Assembly (NCBI GenBank): GCA_963674865.2
Contig: CAXXYE010000009.1
Span: 384,001-448,000, forward strand
Reading direction: 5' to 3'
DNA from: Candidatus Hydrogenedentota bacterium
GTDB lineage: Bacteria; Hydrogenedentota; Hydrogenedentia; Hydrogenedentales; SLHB01
Length of the DNA: 64,000 bases
Within the stretch, counting starts at the first letter, position 1. Each line of letters begins with the position of its first letter. Below are positions 39,955 through 50,728 of this stretch, piece after piece. The notes under the pieces are model-generated. The model saw nothing but the letters and a program-made list of their open reading frames with translations, did not search any database and was not told the DNA's origin. The position numbers and the translations under genes are program-made.

Positions 39955-41088
39955 CTACGGCGCAGCGGATTCCGGTTCGAATAGGTTGACGATCTCGGCG
40001 TATCCCTTTTGGCGGGCGCGCTCAATCGGCGTTATGCCTGCCGCGTCGGGCGTTTTGGGATCCGCCCCGTTTTCGAGAAGCTCTGCGGCGAGGGCCGCCT
40101 GGCCACGCTCGGCGGCCAGCGCCAAGGGCGTGGCGCCCTGGCGATCGCGTGCGTCAACGTGAGCCCCCTTGTCGATCAACAAGGAAGCCATCTCTCGCTG
40201 CCCTTGTATGGCGGTCAGGTGCAGGGGCGTAAGGCCATCCAGCTTGGCCGCGTTTGGATCCGCTCCGCTGTCGAGGAGCATCCGTGCCAACGCCATGTGC
40301 CCTTGCATGGCCGCGAAATGCAGGGGCGTCGCCCCCAACGTGCTCTTGGCGTTTACCAGGGCTTTGTCGCTTTCCAGCAGCGTCTTGGCCGTTTCGATAT
40401 CGCCGTTGAGCGCGGCGTCGTTGATGGTGAAGGCTGCTCCCCGCGCTTTGAGCAGTTCCACAATGGCGGCGTGATCGCGCTGCGCGGCGAGGCCGAGGGG
40501 TGTGATGCCGTCGCCGTCCGTCGCCGCGGCCTTGGCGCCTTTCGCGAGCAGGAGTTTGGCGACGTCGGCCTGTCCCGTGATCGCCGCGGCGTGCAGCGGC
40601 GTCAATCCAGTCTCAGCGGCCGCGTTGGGATCCGCGCCCTGTGCAAGGAGGAGCTCGGTGAGTTCCGTATGGCCGCGGAACGCCGCCCAGTGGAGCGGCG
40701 TTCGCCCCATTCTGTCTTTGGCGCCGACGTCCGCCCCTTTATCAAGCAGCAATGAGGCTATCTCGAGATCGTTCTCGATGACGGCCTTGTGGAGCGGTCT
40801 ATCCCCCCACTGATCCGGGGCGTTGACGTCGGCCCCGCGCCCGAGCAGGAGTTCCGCGACTTCCTTTTGGCCTTCCATTACAGCGAAATGCAGCGGCGTC
40901 ATGCCTTGGGCCGTCGTCTTCAGATTGACATCGACGCCGTGGTCGAGATATTGCGTCACACAGGTTGCGTCGCCCATCGCAGCGGCTTCATGAATCGTTG
41001 AGTAGGCCGGCGCGGCTTGCTCCTCCTGGGCCCCAGCGAGCCAGGGCGTTGCCAGGAGCAGAATCATGAACCGAAAACCTGTCCGCAT
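39955..41088 (-). CDS. Secreted ankyrin-repeat protein
   Basis: Signal peptide (LAGA-Q) followed by many TPLH..A repeats. Confidence 0.92.
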   Translation of the reverse strand: MRTGFRFMILLLATPWLAGAQEEQAAPAYSTIHEAAAMGDATCVTQYLDHGVDVNLKTTAQGMTPLHFAVMEGQKEVAELLLGRGADVNAPDQWGDRPLHKAVIENDLEIASLLLDKGADVGAKDRMGRTPLHWAAFRGHTELTELLLAQGADPNAAAETGLTPLHAAAITGQADVAKLLLAKGAKAAATDGDGITPLGLAAQRDHAAIVELLKARGAAFTINDAALNGDIETAKTLLESDKALVNAKSTLGATPLHFAAMQGHMALARMLLDSGADPNAAKLDGLTPLHLTAIQGQREMASLLIDKGAHVDARDRQGATPLALAAERGQAALAAELLENGADPKTPDAAGITPIERARQKGYAEIVNLFEPESAAP

Positions 41089-41173
41089 AGCATGCTCCCT
41101 CATCGAATTGCGCCGTTGAACCGTACTTCATGAGGATAACGCAGTCAGGAGTGTGCTTTCTAATCCGAATGGC

Positions 41174-43621
41174 TCACGTGTGGCTATCACCGGCGCCGAG
41201 CCGCCGGATTGCCAAGAATGCCGCCGTGTACGTCAGCACCGCCAGCAGAAAGAGCACGCGGAATCCGAGATGCACCGTGACGAGGGTTGCCAGCGTGGCG
41301 CCGGTTACCGACGCGCAGCCGTTGATCCCCCACGCCCAGGGCAGCAGCGCGGGGTGGTCGTCTGAAACGCGCTGTAGTCCCATGGGGAATGGTATGCCCA
41401 TCGCGAACGCCAACGGCGACAAGAGGAAAACGCTCGCGATGATCTTCACTGCGTCGCTCCACCCGGCCCACGCCTTGAACGCCCCAGGCAGGAACGCGGC
41501 GTAGGCGGCCGTCAAGAGGGCGATGGCCAGTACGGCCCACCCGACGGGGGCGGTCGCGCCGGGCTTGCAGCGGCTGGCGAAAAGGCTGCCCAGGCCGGAG
41601 AAGAAGAGGAAACTGGTGAGCACGACCGCCACTGAATAGACGGGATACGCAAGGAAGAGCATCACCCGCTGGATGAAGCCCATCTCGAGCGCCATGTAGG
41701 CAAGGCCGAGGGCCGCGAAATAGACGAAGACCCAGCGCTTTGCCCCGGAGCGGCTCGGGCCGCGGGCGAGAACGATCAATGGCAGGAGGATGAACACGGC
41801 GCTCGCCAGTAGCCCCTGCAAGATCGTTGCTACGAGCGTGAGGTAGCCCCACTCGACGAAGGGTATCCATTCGGCGCCGAGGTCGCGGATGAGTCGCGGC
41901 AGGGCGCTCCACTTGAGGAAGCGGAAGAAGTGGGGGCGGTCGTCCGTGGCGGGACGCACGTAGAAGAGGGAATCCCGGTAGACGCTTTCCCGCCGCGTTG
42001 GATCGAGCACGCCTTCGGTGAAGGCGTAGTAGACAGGCTCATCGAGGAGCGTATAGCGGTTGGCTTCTTCGGGGCGGATGCCGGGGCAGTAACACAGGTC
42101 GAACATGCGATCACGGCAGAAGGCGCGCACCGCCTCCACCCGGTTCGCGGACATGGGCGCGCGCGACACCACGATGGTGGCGTTATTCCACGAGCGGATG
42201 AAGGCCAAGTGGTTCCCTGGCTCCTCGATGCCGGATTGCTCACATGCCTCGACGACGGTGGCCACCATCTTGAGCGCATCGCGCGCGGGCGTCTTGAGCC
42301 ATACGGTGATTGCCAGGACGCCGTCGGGCGTAAGCCGGCTGAGTTGAAGCCGCACCGCCTCAACCGTGTAGAAGTAGCTCTCGCTCAGTGCCTGGACGCC
42401 GGCCGTCGAGGCGGTGAACGATCCCAGCGATGGGATTTGTATCAGGTCGTACGTCTCCTCGCTGGACTGAAGAAAGCCCCGGCCCTCCCCGATCACGGGC
42501 GTTACATCCGGGCGGTCGTATAGTCCGCCGGCGAAGTCGCCCAGTTGGGTTTGGACGACATCGAAGACACGGGGGTCCACCTCGACGGCCACTACACGGC
42601 CGGCGCCATGGTAGAGCGCGCCCAGCACATTGGTGCCTCCGCCGGGGCCGATTACGAGCGTCTTCGGCGCCTCAACCAACCGGTACGGCAATGCGGAGGT
42701 GACGTAGTCCAGGTACGCGAACGGATCGAGGTCTCCCGTGAAGCGGTTGACGGGCGACGCCGCGCCCGCGTCAAAATACAACGCCACCTGTTCGGGCAGT
42801 TCCCCGAGTTGTGCCATGGGGTAATTCGAGATCTGGCCCGGCGTTTCCCGGATCTGCTCCGAGGAGACTGCCGTGATGACGGACATGGGGCTGTGCCACT
42901 CGCCGAGTATCTTGGCGTCCGGGAGTTGCTTCGCGTAGGACAGACCCTTGTACTCCGACACGCGCACCGGGGCGGGGCGGGTCACGCCGGCGGCCATAGC
43001 GATAAGCAGTAGCGCCGCCCCGGCCAGGCTCGAGCGGCGGCGCGCATCCAACGTCAAGAGCGCCAGGGCAAGGCCGGACACGCCGGCCAGGATATATGGG
43101 CCGCGGACAGGATGCGCCAGATAGAGCAGGCCCACCACGCCGAGAGCGCCCAGGCCGGATCCCGCCATGCTGAAGAAGTACACGCGGGCCACGTTGCCCG
43201 GCGCGAGAAAGAAGGCGATGGTGATGCACGTGGAGATCAGGAAGAACGGCACAGCGAGTACCACGTAAAGCGCGAGAAGGTTCCAGATTTGGTTCGGCTG
43301 GGAAACCAACTGGTAGGTTTCAAAGGGCACGCGTTGGCTGAGGGCGTAGCAGGCTACGAGGCTGACGGTAAGTAATGCCGCGCTGAAGCGGAGGGCACCG
43401 GCCTCGCGCCCTTTGAGCGGTGTCTTCAGCAACGCCAGGGCCGCGCCGCTGGCGCCGAATCCCAGCATGGCGATGCTGATGATCATGGAGGCGAAGTGGT
43501 GCCACTGGGCGATGGAGAACACGCGCATCAGGACGATCTGATAGGCGATTCCCACCGCGCTGATAAGCAGCACGGCCGTGTTCAACCAACGCGGCGTCAG
43601 GCGCGGCTCACGCTCGCTCAC
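41174..43621 (-). CDS. Polytopic membrane protein with central spermidine-synthase-like SAM-binding domain
   Basis: About 7 N-terminal TMs, LVIGPGGG...VAVEVD...YDLIQI, YTVEA, about 7 C-terminal TMs with MGIPFP and WAWGING. Confidence 0.85.
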   Translation of the reverse strand: MSEREPRLTPRWLNTAVLLISAVGIAYQIVLMRVFSIAQWHHFASMIISIAMLGFGASGAALALLKTPLKGREAGALRFSAALLTVSLVACYALSQRVPFETYQLVSQPNQIWNLLALYVVLAVPFFLISTCITIAFFLAPGNVARVYFFSMAGSGLGALGVVGLLYLAHPVRGPYILAGVSGLALALLTLDARRRSSLAGAALLLIAMAAGVTRPAPVRVSEYKGLSYAKQLPDAKILGEWHSPMSVITAVSSEQIRETPGQISNYPMAQLGELPEQVALYFDAGAASPVNRFTGDLDPFAYLDYVTSALPYRLVEAPKTLVIGPGGGTNVLGALYHGAGRVVAVEVDPRVFDVVQTQLGDFAGGLYDRPDVTPVIGEGRGFLQSSEETYDLIQIPSLGSFTASTAGVQALSESYFYTVEAVRLQLSRLTPDGVLAITVWLKTPARDALKMVATVVEACEQSGIEEPGNHLAFIRSWNNATIVVSRAPMSANRVEAVRAFCRDRMFDLCYCPGIRPEEANRYTLLDEPVYYAFTEGVLDPTRRESVYRDSLFYVRPATDDRPHFFRFLKWSALPRLIRDLGAEWIPFVEWGYLTLVATILQGLLASAVFILLPLIVLARGPSRSGAKRWVFVYFAALGLAYMALEMGFIQRVMLFLAYPVYSVAVVLTSFLFFSGLGSLFASRCKPGATAPVGWAVLAIALLTAAYAAFLPGAFKAWAGWSDAVKIIASVFLLSPLAFAMGIPFPMGLQRVSDDHPALLPWAWGINGCASVTGATLATLVTVHLGFRVLFLLAVLTYTAAFLAIRRLGAGDSHT

Positions 43622-43691
43622 GATGATCCCGCCTCCGCATCAGAACATCCGGGCCAGGCGTCCGGCCTGCAAGCGTACCCCTAGGCATACA

Positions 43692-44456
43692 TCATGGCTC
43701 CGACGCGCCGGGTTCGGCAGGCCCCCGCATGAGATGGGCAAATTGAACCGTGCGGATGTTCCGCTGCGTCACGTTGCCGTCTTCGCTTTTCTCGACGAGC
43801 ATCAGGTTCTGCACCTGGAGGGGGGGGCCGACGGGGATAACCATCCGGCCGCCGGGCTTCAACTGCTCGACAAGAGGCGGCGGAATGTGGCTCGCGGCGG
43901 CGGTGACGACGATCGCATCGTAGGGGCCGTGCTCTTTCCACCCGAAGTAGCCATCGCCCTGCTTCGCGTGGACGTTGGCGTATCCAAGCTTGCTAAGACG
44001 CTCCTTGGCGGCCGCGGCCAGCGGCTCGACTATCTCTATGGTGTATACCTCGCGCGCAACTTGTCCCAATACCGCCGCGTGATAGCCTGAGCCTGTGCCG
44101 ATCTCGAGCACAACGGCGTCTTTCGGAAGTTTCAGCAATTCGGTCATCGCGGCCACGATGGAAGGCTGCGAGATCGTCTGGCCATGTCCGATAGGCAGCG
44201 GGCGATCCGCGTAGGCCTTCTTCACGAGGCGCTCGGGAACGAATTCGTGGCGGGGAACCGTGCGCATGGCGCTTAACACCGCGGGGTCCTTGATGGGGGT
44301 CTTGCCAAATCCCGTTGTTCCCGCGATGTGTTCCTCCACCATTCGTTCGCGGTCGGCGCGGTAGGGGTCGCCGTTGTCCGTGGGCGGGTCGGCCCATGCC
44401 GGCGCTAGGCATAGAAGCAAGGCGGCCAGCAGGATCCCGCCGCCACGGTAGGTCAT
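43692..44456 (-). CDS. pcm: Protein-L-isoaspartate O-methyltransferase with signal peptide
   Basis: VPRHEFV, AYADRPLPIGHGQTISQP, VLEIGTGSGY, PYDAIVVTAA, LKPGGRMVIPVG. Confidence 0.95.
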   Translation of the reverse strand: MTYRGGGILLAALLLCLAPAWADPPTDNGDPYRADRERMVEEHIAGTTGFGKTPIKDPAVLSAMRTVPRHEFVPERLVKKAYADRPLPIGHGQTISQPSIVAAMTELLKLPKDAVVLEIGTGSGYHAAVLGQVAREVYTIEIVEPLAAAAKERLSKLGYANVHAKQGDGYFGWKEHGPYDAIVVTAAASHIPPPLVEQLKPGGRMVIPVGPPLQVQNLMLVEKSEDGNVTQRNIRTVQFAHLMRGPAEPGASEP

Positions 44457-44585
44457 AGACTCTCGACTCGCGCTACACCTTGTCATGATACCGTTCCCAT
44501 TACCTTACTTTGCGCCGCCGCCATCACAACAGGTTGGCCTCCCCGCTGTCAAGCCGTCCCTACATGAATGCAGCGGCGAGCGCCC

Positions 44586-46112
44586 TTAGTCGCGCTCGAT
44601 GTGATAAAGGCGCACCTCGGGCTGGCGGTTGCCGAACACGTCCATGGCGTACCGTAGGCCGCGGCCCGCGAGAGCTTCTTCAAAGGCGCCGAAGTCGTGC
44701 GTATCGTCCGGCATGACGATGACAAGCACCCACCCGGGATCCGTGTCCACTATGACGTGTTCGGCGGCCTCATTGAGCGAGCGCATGCCGCGGATGCGCT
44801 CCTCGGGCAAGTCCGTGTTGTACAGAACCGTGTCGCGATGGGTTCCCGTCACTACGAGTACTTCCTCCCGGGCCGTTCCGTGGGCGGCGATGAAGCGGCC
44901 GGCCGACTGCGTGTCCAGGCGCCAAGGCCCCGGCTGCCGGTACAGGTTGTAGCTGCACAATGCGAGGAGCCCACAGGCCAGCGCTACCTTCGTGCCCGGG
45001 TATTTCGTCAGGGAGACGGCGCCGCCCGCGAGCAGGAGCAGCGGCACGGAGCTGTAGAGGACGTATCGCGCGGCGAAGCAGGGAAAGAAGAGGGCCGAGA
45101 CGGTGAAGAGCGCGGCGGGGGGAATGATGAGCCAGGTCATCAGAAACACGAGTGTATCGAGCCGGCTCCAACCGCCGCTCTGCGTCCCGTCGCGTCGTTC
45201 TTGAATCCACCGCATGCACGTCACGAAGACATTCCACAGTGCCAGCAGCAGAAACACCCGCCAGAACACGGCCCCGATAGTCCGGTCTCCGAAAAGGGCG
45301 AAGTCCTTGAGCGTCAGGTTGCTGACGCCTGTGAACAGGAGGATGGTGCCGAGCACCGTCAAGTAGGAGTGTTCTATGGCGTGCCGCCAGGATACCGCCG
45401 CTTCGATTCCTTGGACGTCGAAGGAGAGCAGCCATGGGATCAGGAGAAGGGCGCCGGGCACGTGCCCCGCGGCCCAGCCGAGGAGGCGCTTGAATCGCCT
45501 CCGCCTGAGGCAGTAATACGCCAGGAAACAGCCCTGGGCCACGATGAACCACACGGCGAAAAGGTGCGTCCATACCGCAAGCGTGTTCGCGGCCACGTTG
45601 AGGAACCACCATTGGCTGCGCTCTGTCTCAAGGGCTCTTACCAAGGCAAAGGCCGACGCCAGGCACAGAAAAAACACGAGCGAGTACATGCGCACTTCCT
45701 GGGCGTAGTAGATGTGCGAGATGGAAAGCACGGAACACGCCGCGGCGATTAGGCCCGCGGTGCGGTCGTAGAGCGCCTTGCCCAGGAGGTAGATGATAGG
45801 AAGCGCCATTGCCCAGAAGAGGATCGATAGGAGGCGAACCGCGTAGAGCGAGCCCCCCGTTACCCGGGCCCACAGGTATTGCAGCGCGAAGTAGAGAGGC
45901 ACCATGGTTGGGTCTTCTTGCCGAAAGGCGGCAAGAAACGTCCTCAAATCGGGCGCGTCCAGGTGCCTCACACTCACCACTTCGTCGAAATAGGCGGACT
46001 CGCGTTCGAGATGGTAGACGCGGAGCGCCCCTCCGATGAGCACCAGCGCCGCCACCGCGCCTGCCACAAGATACCGGCGCGCCGCAGCTCTCTCAGAAGG
46101 CGCCTCAGGCAT
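44586..46112 (-). CDS. GT-C (family 39/PMT-like) membrane glycosyltransferase
   Basis: LRVYHL..SAYFDE, PLYF, RLLS, YYAQEVRMYSL, multiple TMs, RYVL. Confidence 0.85.
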   Translation of the reverse strand: MPEAPSERAAARRYLVAGAVAALVLIGGALRVYHLERESAYFDEVVSVRHLDAPDLRTFLAAFRQEDPTMVPLYFALQYLWARVTGGSLYAVRLLSILFWAMALPIIYLLGKALYDRTAGLIAAACSVLSISHIYYAQEVRMYSLVFFLCLASAFALVRALETERSQWWFLNVAANTLAVWTHLFAVWFIVAQGCFLAYYCLRRRRFKRLLGWAAGHVPGALLLIPWLLSFDVQGIEAAVSWRHAIEHSYLTVLGTILLFTGVSNLTLKDFALFGDRTIGAVFWRVFLLLALWNVFVTCMRWIQERRDGTQSGGWSRLDTLVFLMTWLIIPPAALFTVSALFFPCFAARYVLYSSVPLLLLAGGAVSLTKYPGTKVALACGLLALCSYNLYRQPGPWRLDTQSAGRFIAAHGTAREEVLVVTGTHRDTVLYNTDLPEERIRGMRSLNEAAEHVIVDTDPGWVLVIVMPDDTHDFGAFEEALAGRGLRYAMDVFGNRQPEVRLYHIERD

Positions 46113-46179
46113 CTCCGGACGGCTCCCTCAACATCATGTTCGACTCCCGCCTCTCATTGTCTTCCATCACAGCCGGCGC

Positions 46180-47256
46180 CTACGCCACCTCCGCGAAATC
46201 GGCAATGGCCCGGACAATCTCGGGGAAACTTGAGCGCCACACCTCCGCGGGAACGTTTTCGGAGATCTGGATCTGGAGCCGCCCGGTGCGCGCACCCTCT
46301 TCGAGGATGCCCATCGTTGCGTCGTAGGCCGCTTTCGGGCCTTGCAGATGGACGGACGATGGGAAGTTGATGCCGACGCGCATCTCCGGCCAGCGGCCGA
46401 CGGCCTCGGCGACGCTCGTGTCGTTATCCGGCGGCGGGGACATTGAATCCAGGCCGCGCACACGCGATGCGCCGATGGAATCCCACAGCGGCTTGAGGTT
46501 GCCGTCCATATGCACGTACACGGGAATGTCCTTCCCGGTTTCATCGAGCATGGCGGCCAGTTCGTTGTACGCCGGAACACAGTATTCGTCGAAATACCGC
46601 TTTCCCACCATGGGCGCGGTGATGTTGTCCGGGCAGTTGATATACGGGATCGGCAGTTCCTTGACGGCGCGGCAAGCGACCTCGAACGTCCGCCGCTGCA
46701 CGTCGCCCATCAGGGCGAATACCTCCTCCATGAGATCCGGGCATTCCACCATGTGGGCCGCGAGGTCGCCCATACCGACCCACTGCACCCACAACTGCTG
46801 GAACGGGGTGCGCGGCACCGATGCGTGGGGAAGGCCATCACCGCCTAGGAGTTCCAATATATCGAGGATGGACTCCTGGTTGAAGCGCACTTCGATGTCG
46901 CGAAAATAGGCCATGAGGACACGGTAGTCCTCGGGGTATTTCACAAAGTGAGACGCCGCGGCGCTGGTGCCGTACGTCGGCTCATAGAGCCGCTCTTCCT
47001 CGAGCCGGCCCTCGGGGGTGCTTAAGGTGCGGCGGAATCCCTTCTTGCCGTCCCTCTCGATGTCCCACGTCTCGAAGGTGCAGTTCGGCGCGTCGAGGCG
47101 ATAGACGGGCATCCACCGGAGCAGGCCCATGTTTTCGCGTCCGACAAGCCGCCACACCTCGTCGTCGGGCGCGGCGAGGCCGCTGTACTGCACGAAAGGC
47201 ACGCGGTCGGGCATCCGGCCTTGGACAATGGCGAGCATTCGCTCCCTCATGTTCAT
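46180..47256 (-). CDS. URO-D-like TIM-barrel protein
   Basis: MNMRERMLAIVQGRMPDRVP, PRTPFQ, PDNIT, HMDG, DSMSPPPD; paralogous to 28441-29542. Confidence 0.75.
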   Translation of the reverse strand: MNMRERMLAIVQGRMPDRVPFVQYSGLAAPDDEVWRLVGRENMGLLRWMPVYRLDAPNCTFETWDIERDGKKGFRRTLSTPEGRLEEERLYEPTYGTSAAASHFVKYPEDYRVLMAYFRDIEVRFNQESILDILELLGGDGLPHASVPRTPFQQLWVQWVGMGDLAAHMVECPDLMEEVFALMGDVQRRTFEVACRAVKELPIPYINCPDNITAPMVGKRYFDEYCVPAYNELAAMLDETGKDIPVYVHMDGNLKPLWDSIGASRVRGLDSMSPPPDNDTSVAEAVGRWPEMRVGINFPSSVHLQGPKAAYDATMGILEEGARTGRLQIQISENVPAEVWRSSFPEIVRAIADFAEVA

Positions 47257-47379
47257 CCGCGGCGTCTCCTCCTGTCTTGCGTCACCGGCGAGCGTGTATA
47301 GTAGTCGACGATACATTCCGATGCCAGTGCGGCGCGGCTGCGCCTGTGTTTCTAAGAAGACGGTGGAGGTGCTTCGTTC

Positions 47380-48513
47380 ATGTCCGAGAAAATCGACGGT
47401 TCCACGGCCCATGATCCCGCGTTGGAAATTCCTGAGGTCTACACCGAGCCCGGCCGCAAGTACGCCGATGATACTCGGGCCTTTCAAGGCATTCCTGGTA
47501 TCGAGCGGGCCCCCAACGGGAGGCTCTGGGCGACGTGGTACGGCGGCGGAGAGAAGGAAGGCCCCGAAAACTACGTGCTCTTGAACACCAGCGGCGACGA
47601 CGGCGCGACTTGGAGCGCCCCGAAGCTGGTAATCGACGTGCCGGGCGACGTGCGGGCCTTCGATCCGTGCCTCTGGCACGATCCGCTGGGCAGGCTCTGG
47701 CTCTTCTGGGCGCAGGGACACAGCCATTGGGACGGCCGCGCGGGCGTGTGGGCCGTCGTGACGGAGGCCTCCGGCGAGGAAACGCCGGCGTGGTCGGAGC
47801 CGCGCAGGCTTTGCGACGGGATCATGATGAACAAGCCTATCGTCGCCTCAAACGGCAACTGGCTGCTCCCGGTGTCGATCTGGGATCGGCCGGCCAATTC
47901 CGAGAATGAAGTGTATCGATTCGACATGGGCGATCTGGCCGGATCGAATGTGATCTGTTCGGAGGATCAGGGCGCGACGTTTTCCCTCTTGGGGCAGGTC
48001 CACGTGCCTGAAAGCGCTTGTGATGAGCACATGCTTATCGAGCGGCGCGACGGAAGCCTATGGATGCTCGTGCGAACGAGGTACGGCATCGGGGAAAGCA
48101 CGTCTACCGACGGCGGGGTGACGTGGAGCGAGGGCGGGCCTTCGGCCGTCCAGCACATTCCCGCTGCCCGCTTCTTCATCCGGCGGCTCCGGTCAGGCCG
48201 GCTGCTCCTTGTCAAACACAATCCTCCCAACGGGAAGAGCCGCTCGCATCTCACGGCCTTCCTTTCCGATGACGACGGCCTGAGTTGGCACGGGGGGCTC
48301 ATCCTGGATGAGCGGGACACGATCTCGTATCCGGACGGCGTGGAGACTGCCGATGGAACGCTCTACATCATCTATGATTACTCGCGCCACGACGAGAAGC
48401 AGATCCTGATGGCGGTTTTCAACGAGGAGGACGTGGTATCGGGCGCGTGGGCGTCCCCGGCGGCGCGTCAGCGAGTCTTGATCAACCAGGCCACGGGGCG
48501 ACGCGCCTGTTGA
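47380..48513 (+). CDS. BNR/Asp-box sialidase-like protein
   Basis: FQGIPGI, Asp boxes SGDDGATW, SEDQGATF, STDGGVTW, SDDDGLSW, SYPD. Confidence 0.85.
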   Translation: MSEKIDGSTAHDPALEIPEVYTEPGRKYADDTRAFQGIPGIERAPNGRLWATWYGGGEKEGPENYVLLNTSGDDGATWSAPKLVIDVPGDVRAFDPCLWHDPLGRLWLFWAQGHSHWDGRAGVWAVVTEASGEETPAWSEPRRLCDGIMMNKPIVASNGNWLLPVSIWDRPANSENEVYRFDMGDLAGSNVICSEDQGATFSLLGQVHVPESACDEHMLIERRDGSLWMLVRTRYGIGESTSTDGGVTWSEGGPSAVQHIPAARFFIRRLRSGRLLLVKHNPPNGKSRSHLTAFLSDDDGLSWHGGLILDERDTISYPDGVETADGTLYIIYDYSRHDEKQILMAVFNEEDVVSGAWASPAARQRVLINQATGRRAC

Positions 48514-48519
48514 GCGTGG

Positions 48520-49434
48520 CTACGCGCTGAGCGAGGCGACGTGTTCCCGCAGTCCGTCTTCGATGGGGGTGGATGGGACGGGCAGGCCATGGGCCTGTAG
48601 CTTCGCCATGTTATACACGCGATGGCAGAGAAACGAGCGTTTGTCGGGATGCTCGGCCCGGTACGCTTCGACGGGAATCTCCTCAATACGCGTCGACAGG
48701 CTCAGGAGGTCGCCCACAATCCGGTAATACTCCCGGGACTCGATGACATCCGGGCCGGCGGTTAGATACGTCTCGCCGTAGGTTTTCGGATTGCCCGCGC
48801 AGCCGAGAATAACCTCGGCGAGGTCGCGGGCAAAAATGGGCTGTTGGAGGAAATGGCCACCGCCTACGAGCTTCAGCGACTCCCCGGCCTTCATACGCTT
48901 GATGAGGTCCGGGTCGCGGCCATGGGCGGGCAGGCATCCCAGCTTGGATCCCGGGCCGTAGATGTGGCACGGCCGTAGAATGGTCCACGCCATCTCGCCG
49001 GTGTCGCCGTCACGCAGGGCGCATTCGCACCGGCGTTTCTTGCCGCCGTAGGCGTCCTCGAGAAAGTGAGGATGGGTCTCATCGAGCGGGAACTTACGCC
49101 GGCTATCGGGGTCGAACACGAAATCGGTGGATATGAAGACTAGATGTTCCGTGCGTTCGCGGAACGCCGCGATATCTTGCTCGGCGTCCTCGACCTCATA
49201 GGCGATGCAGTCAACGACGAGGTCCCACCGGCGGCCGGCCGCGCGCACGGCCTGCTCGAATGCCGCTGTGTCATGTCGATCCGCCGTCAGCGGTGTCGCC
49301 CCTTCGGGAATGGCCCGTTCGCCGCGTGTGAGGGCCCACACCGCGTGGCCGGCATCCAGGGCGCGGCGCGCCAAGGCGCCGCTCACGAATCCGCTGCCGC
49401 CTATGACGAGGATGTCGAGCGGGCGGTCGCTCAC
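48520..49434 (-). CDS. NAD-dependent epimerase/dehydratase (extended SDR)
   Basis: IGGSGFVS, FISTD, YGGKK, LRPCHIYGPG. Confidence 0.88.
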   Translation of the reverse strand: MSDRPLDILVIGGSGFVSGALARRALDAGHAVWALTRGERAIPEGATPLTADRHDTAAFEQAVRAAGRRWDLVVDCIAYEVEDAEQDIAAFRERTEHLVFISTDFVFDPDSRRKFPLDETHPHFLEDAYGGKKRRCECALRDGDTGEMAWTILRPCHIYGPGSKLGCLPAHGRDPDLIKRMKAGESLKLVGGGHFLQQPIFARDLAEVILGCAGNPKTYGETYLTAGPDVIESREYYRIVGDLLSLSTRIEEIPVEAYRAEHPDKRSFLCHRVYNMAKLQAHGLPVPSTPIEDGLREHVASLSA

Positions 49435-50615
49435 GGCGCCTCCCCGGCTTCTCTAAGGGCCGCGCGGATCGGCGGCTCCAAGGCATCAGCCATGCGCATG
49501 AAGCCGAGGTCCGTCGGGTGTACTCCGTCCACCGTCCCTTCGCCGTCGTCTCCCAGCAACTCATCGCAGGGCACCAGCGACAAGTGCGGGACGCCCTCCG
49601 CGCGGAGATTCTCGTAGGCCTTCCGCAGCGCGGCGTTCTTCTCCGTGTATCCTTCATGCCTGGCTTTGTTGAACCACGCGTTCTGATACACCACATTTTC
49701 CACCAGCACGATGGGCGTGTCGGGGCGCGCCTGCCGCAGGGCCTTAACGAATGGCTCGACTCGCTCCGTCAGCATTTCGGGATTCATATTCGGCGCGCAA
49801 TCGACCACGTACAGAGCCGCGTCAAGTTCGCTGAGCAGTTCCGCCAGTTCGAGCTCCATCTTGCCGTTCCCGGAAAAGCCCAGGTTGATCACGGGCCGGC
49901 CCAGCCGGCGGGCCAGAATGGCGGGATAGGCCATCCCCGGACGCGAGGCGCATCCGCCATGCACGATGGAAGTGCCGTAGAAGCAGATGGACTTGGCCCG
50001 TTCCGCGGGATACGCCGGCGCCTTGGCGAGTTCTGCGTCGGCGTCAATTCCGATCTCGACTGACTCGACACCGTTGTACAGGGGAAAGTAGAGGAGGTAT
50101 TCGTGACGGCCCGGCGGCATGCCCGCCGCCAGTGTCGTCTCATTTGTCGGGAATTCCGACGGGCGGCCAACGCCGGCCCAGCGCCACCGTTCTCCGTCTT
50201 TCACGTAGAGATCGAGGCCGCTCACGCCCGTCGCGGCCATGTGGCCCATAGCGAGGCTTTCGAAGCGGAGCGTCCAACGGGCGGCGACGGTATCGGAATC
50301 GGTGACGAACCGTACGTGCAGGCCCGCCGAGTGCTGCGCCAAACGCCAGACGGGATCCGGCACCACGCCTTCGGACTTCCCCGGCAATCGATCGAACCGG
50401 TGTTTCGTGTCCTGCCAGGCCTGCCCTTCGATTCCCAAATGGGCCGCGTCGTACCAACGCGTGTTGCCATCCACGCCGGGCACGGCCATGTTCGGATCCA
50501 ATTTATCCAATTTCGGTTCGCCGTCCATCGTCACTCCTTCCGCCGCCGCCACAGCAGCCATCAACACCACCGCCAGATACGGCAGAACGCACCACTTGTT
50601 GTCATGAATGCTCAT
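49431..50615 (-). CDS. SGNH/GDSL hydrolase with GxDLY N-terminal domain, secreted
   Basis: SGLDLY, YGTSIVHG, NLGFSGNG, DGVHP. Confidence 0.9.
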   Translation of the reverse strand: MSIHDNKWCVLPYLAVVLMAAVAAAEGVTMDGEPKLDKLDPNMAVPGVDGNTRWYDAAHLGIEGQAWQDTKHRFDRLPGKSEGVVPDPVWRLAQHSAGLHVRFVTDSDTVAARWTLRFESLAMGHMAATGVSGLDLYVKDGERWRWAGVGRPSEFPTNETTLAAGMPPGRHEYLLYFPLYNGVESVEIGIDADAELAKAPAYPAERAKSICFYGTSIVHGGCASRPGMAYPAILARRLGRPVINLGFSGNGKMELELAELLSELDAALYVVDCAPNMNPEMLTERVEPFVKALRQARPDTPIVLVENVVYQNAWFNKARHEGYTEKNAALRKAYENLRAEGVPHLSLVPCDELLGDDGEGTVDGVHPTDLGFMRMADALEPPIRAALREAGEAP

Positions 50616-50728
50616 CGGGAACGACTCCTTTGCCAGTAGTCCGGAGTCTACACGACGTGCAAGGCGTCGAACAACGCGTGGCGGGGAAGACGGCCCGCCG
50701 TTTCGCCTCCGTGCGTCTACACTCATCC

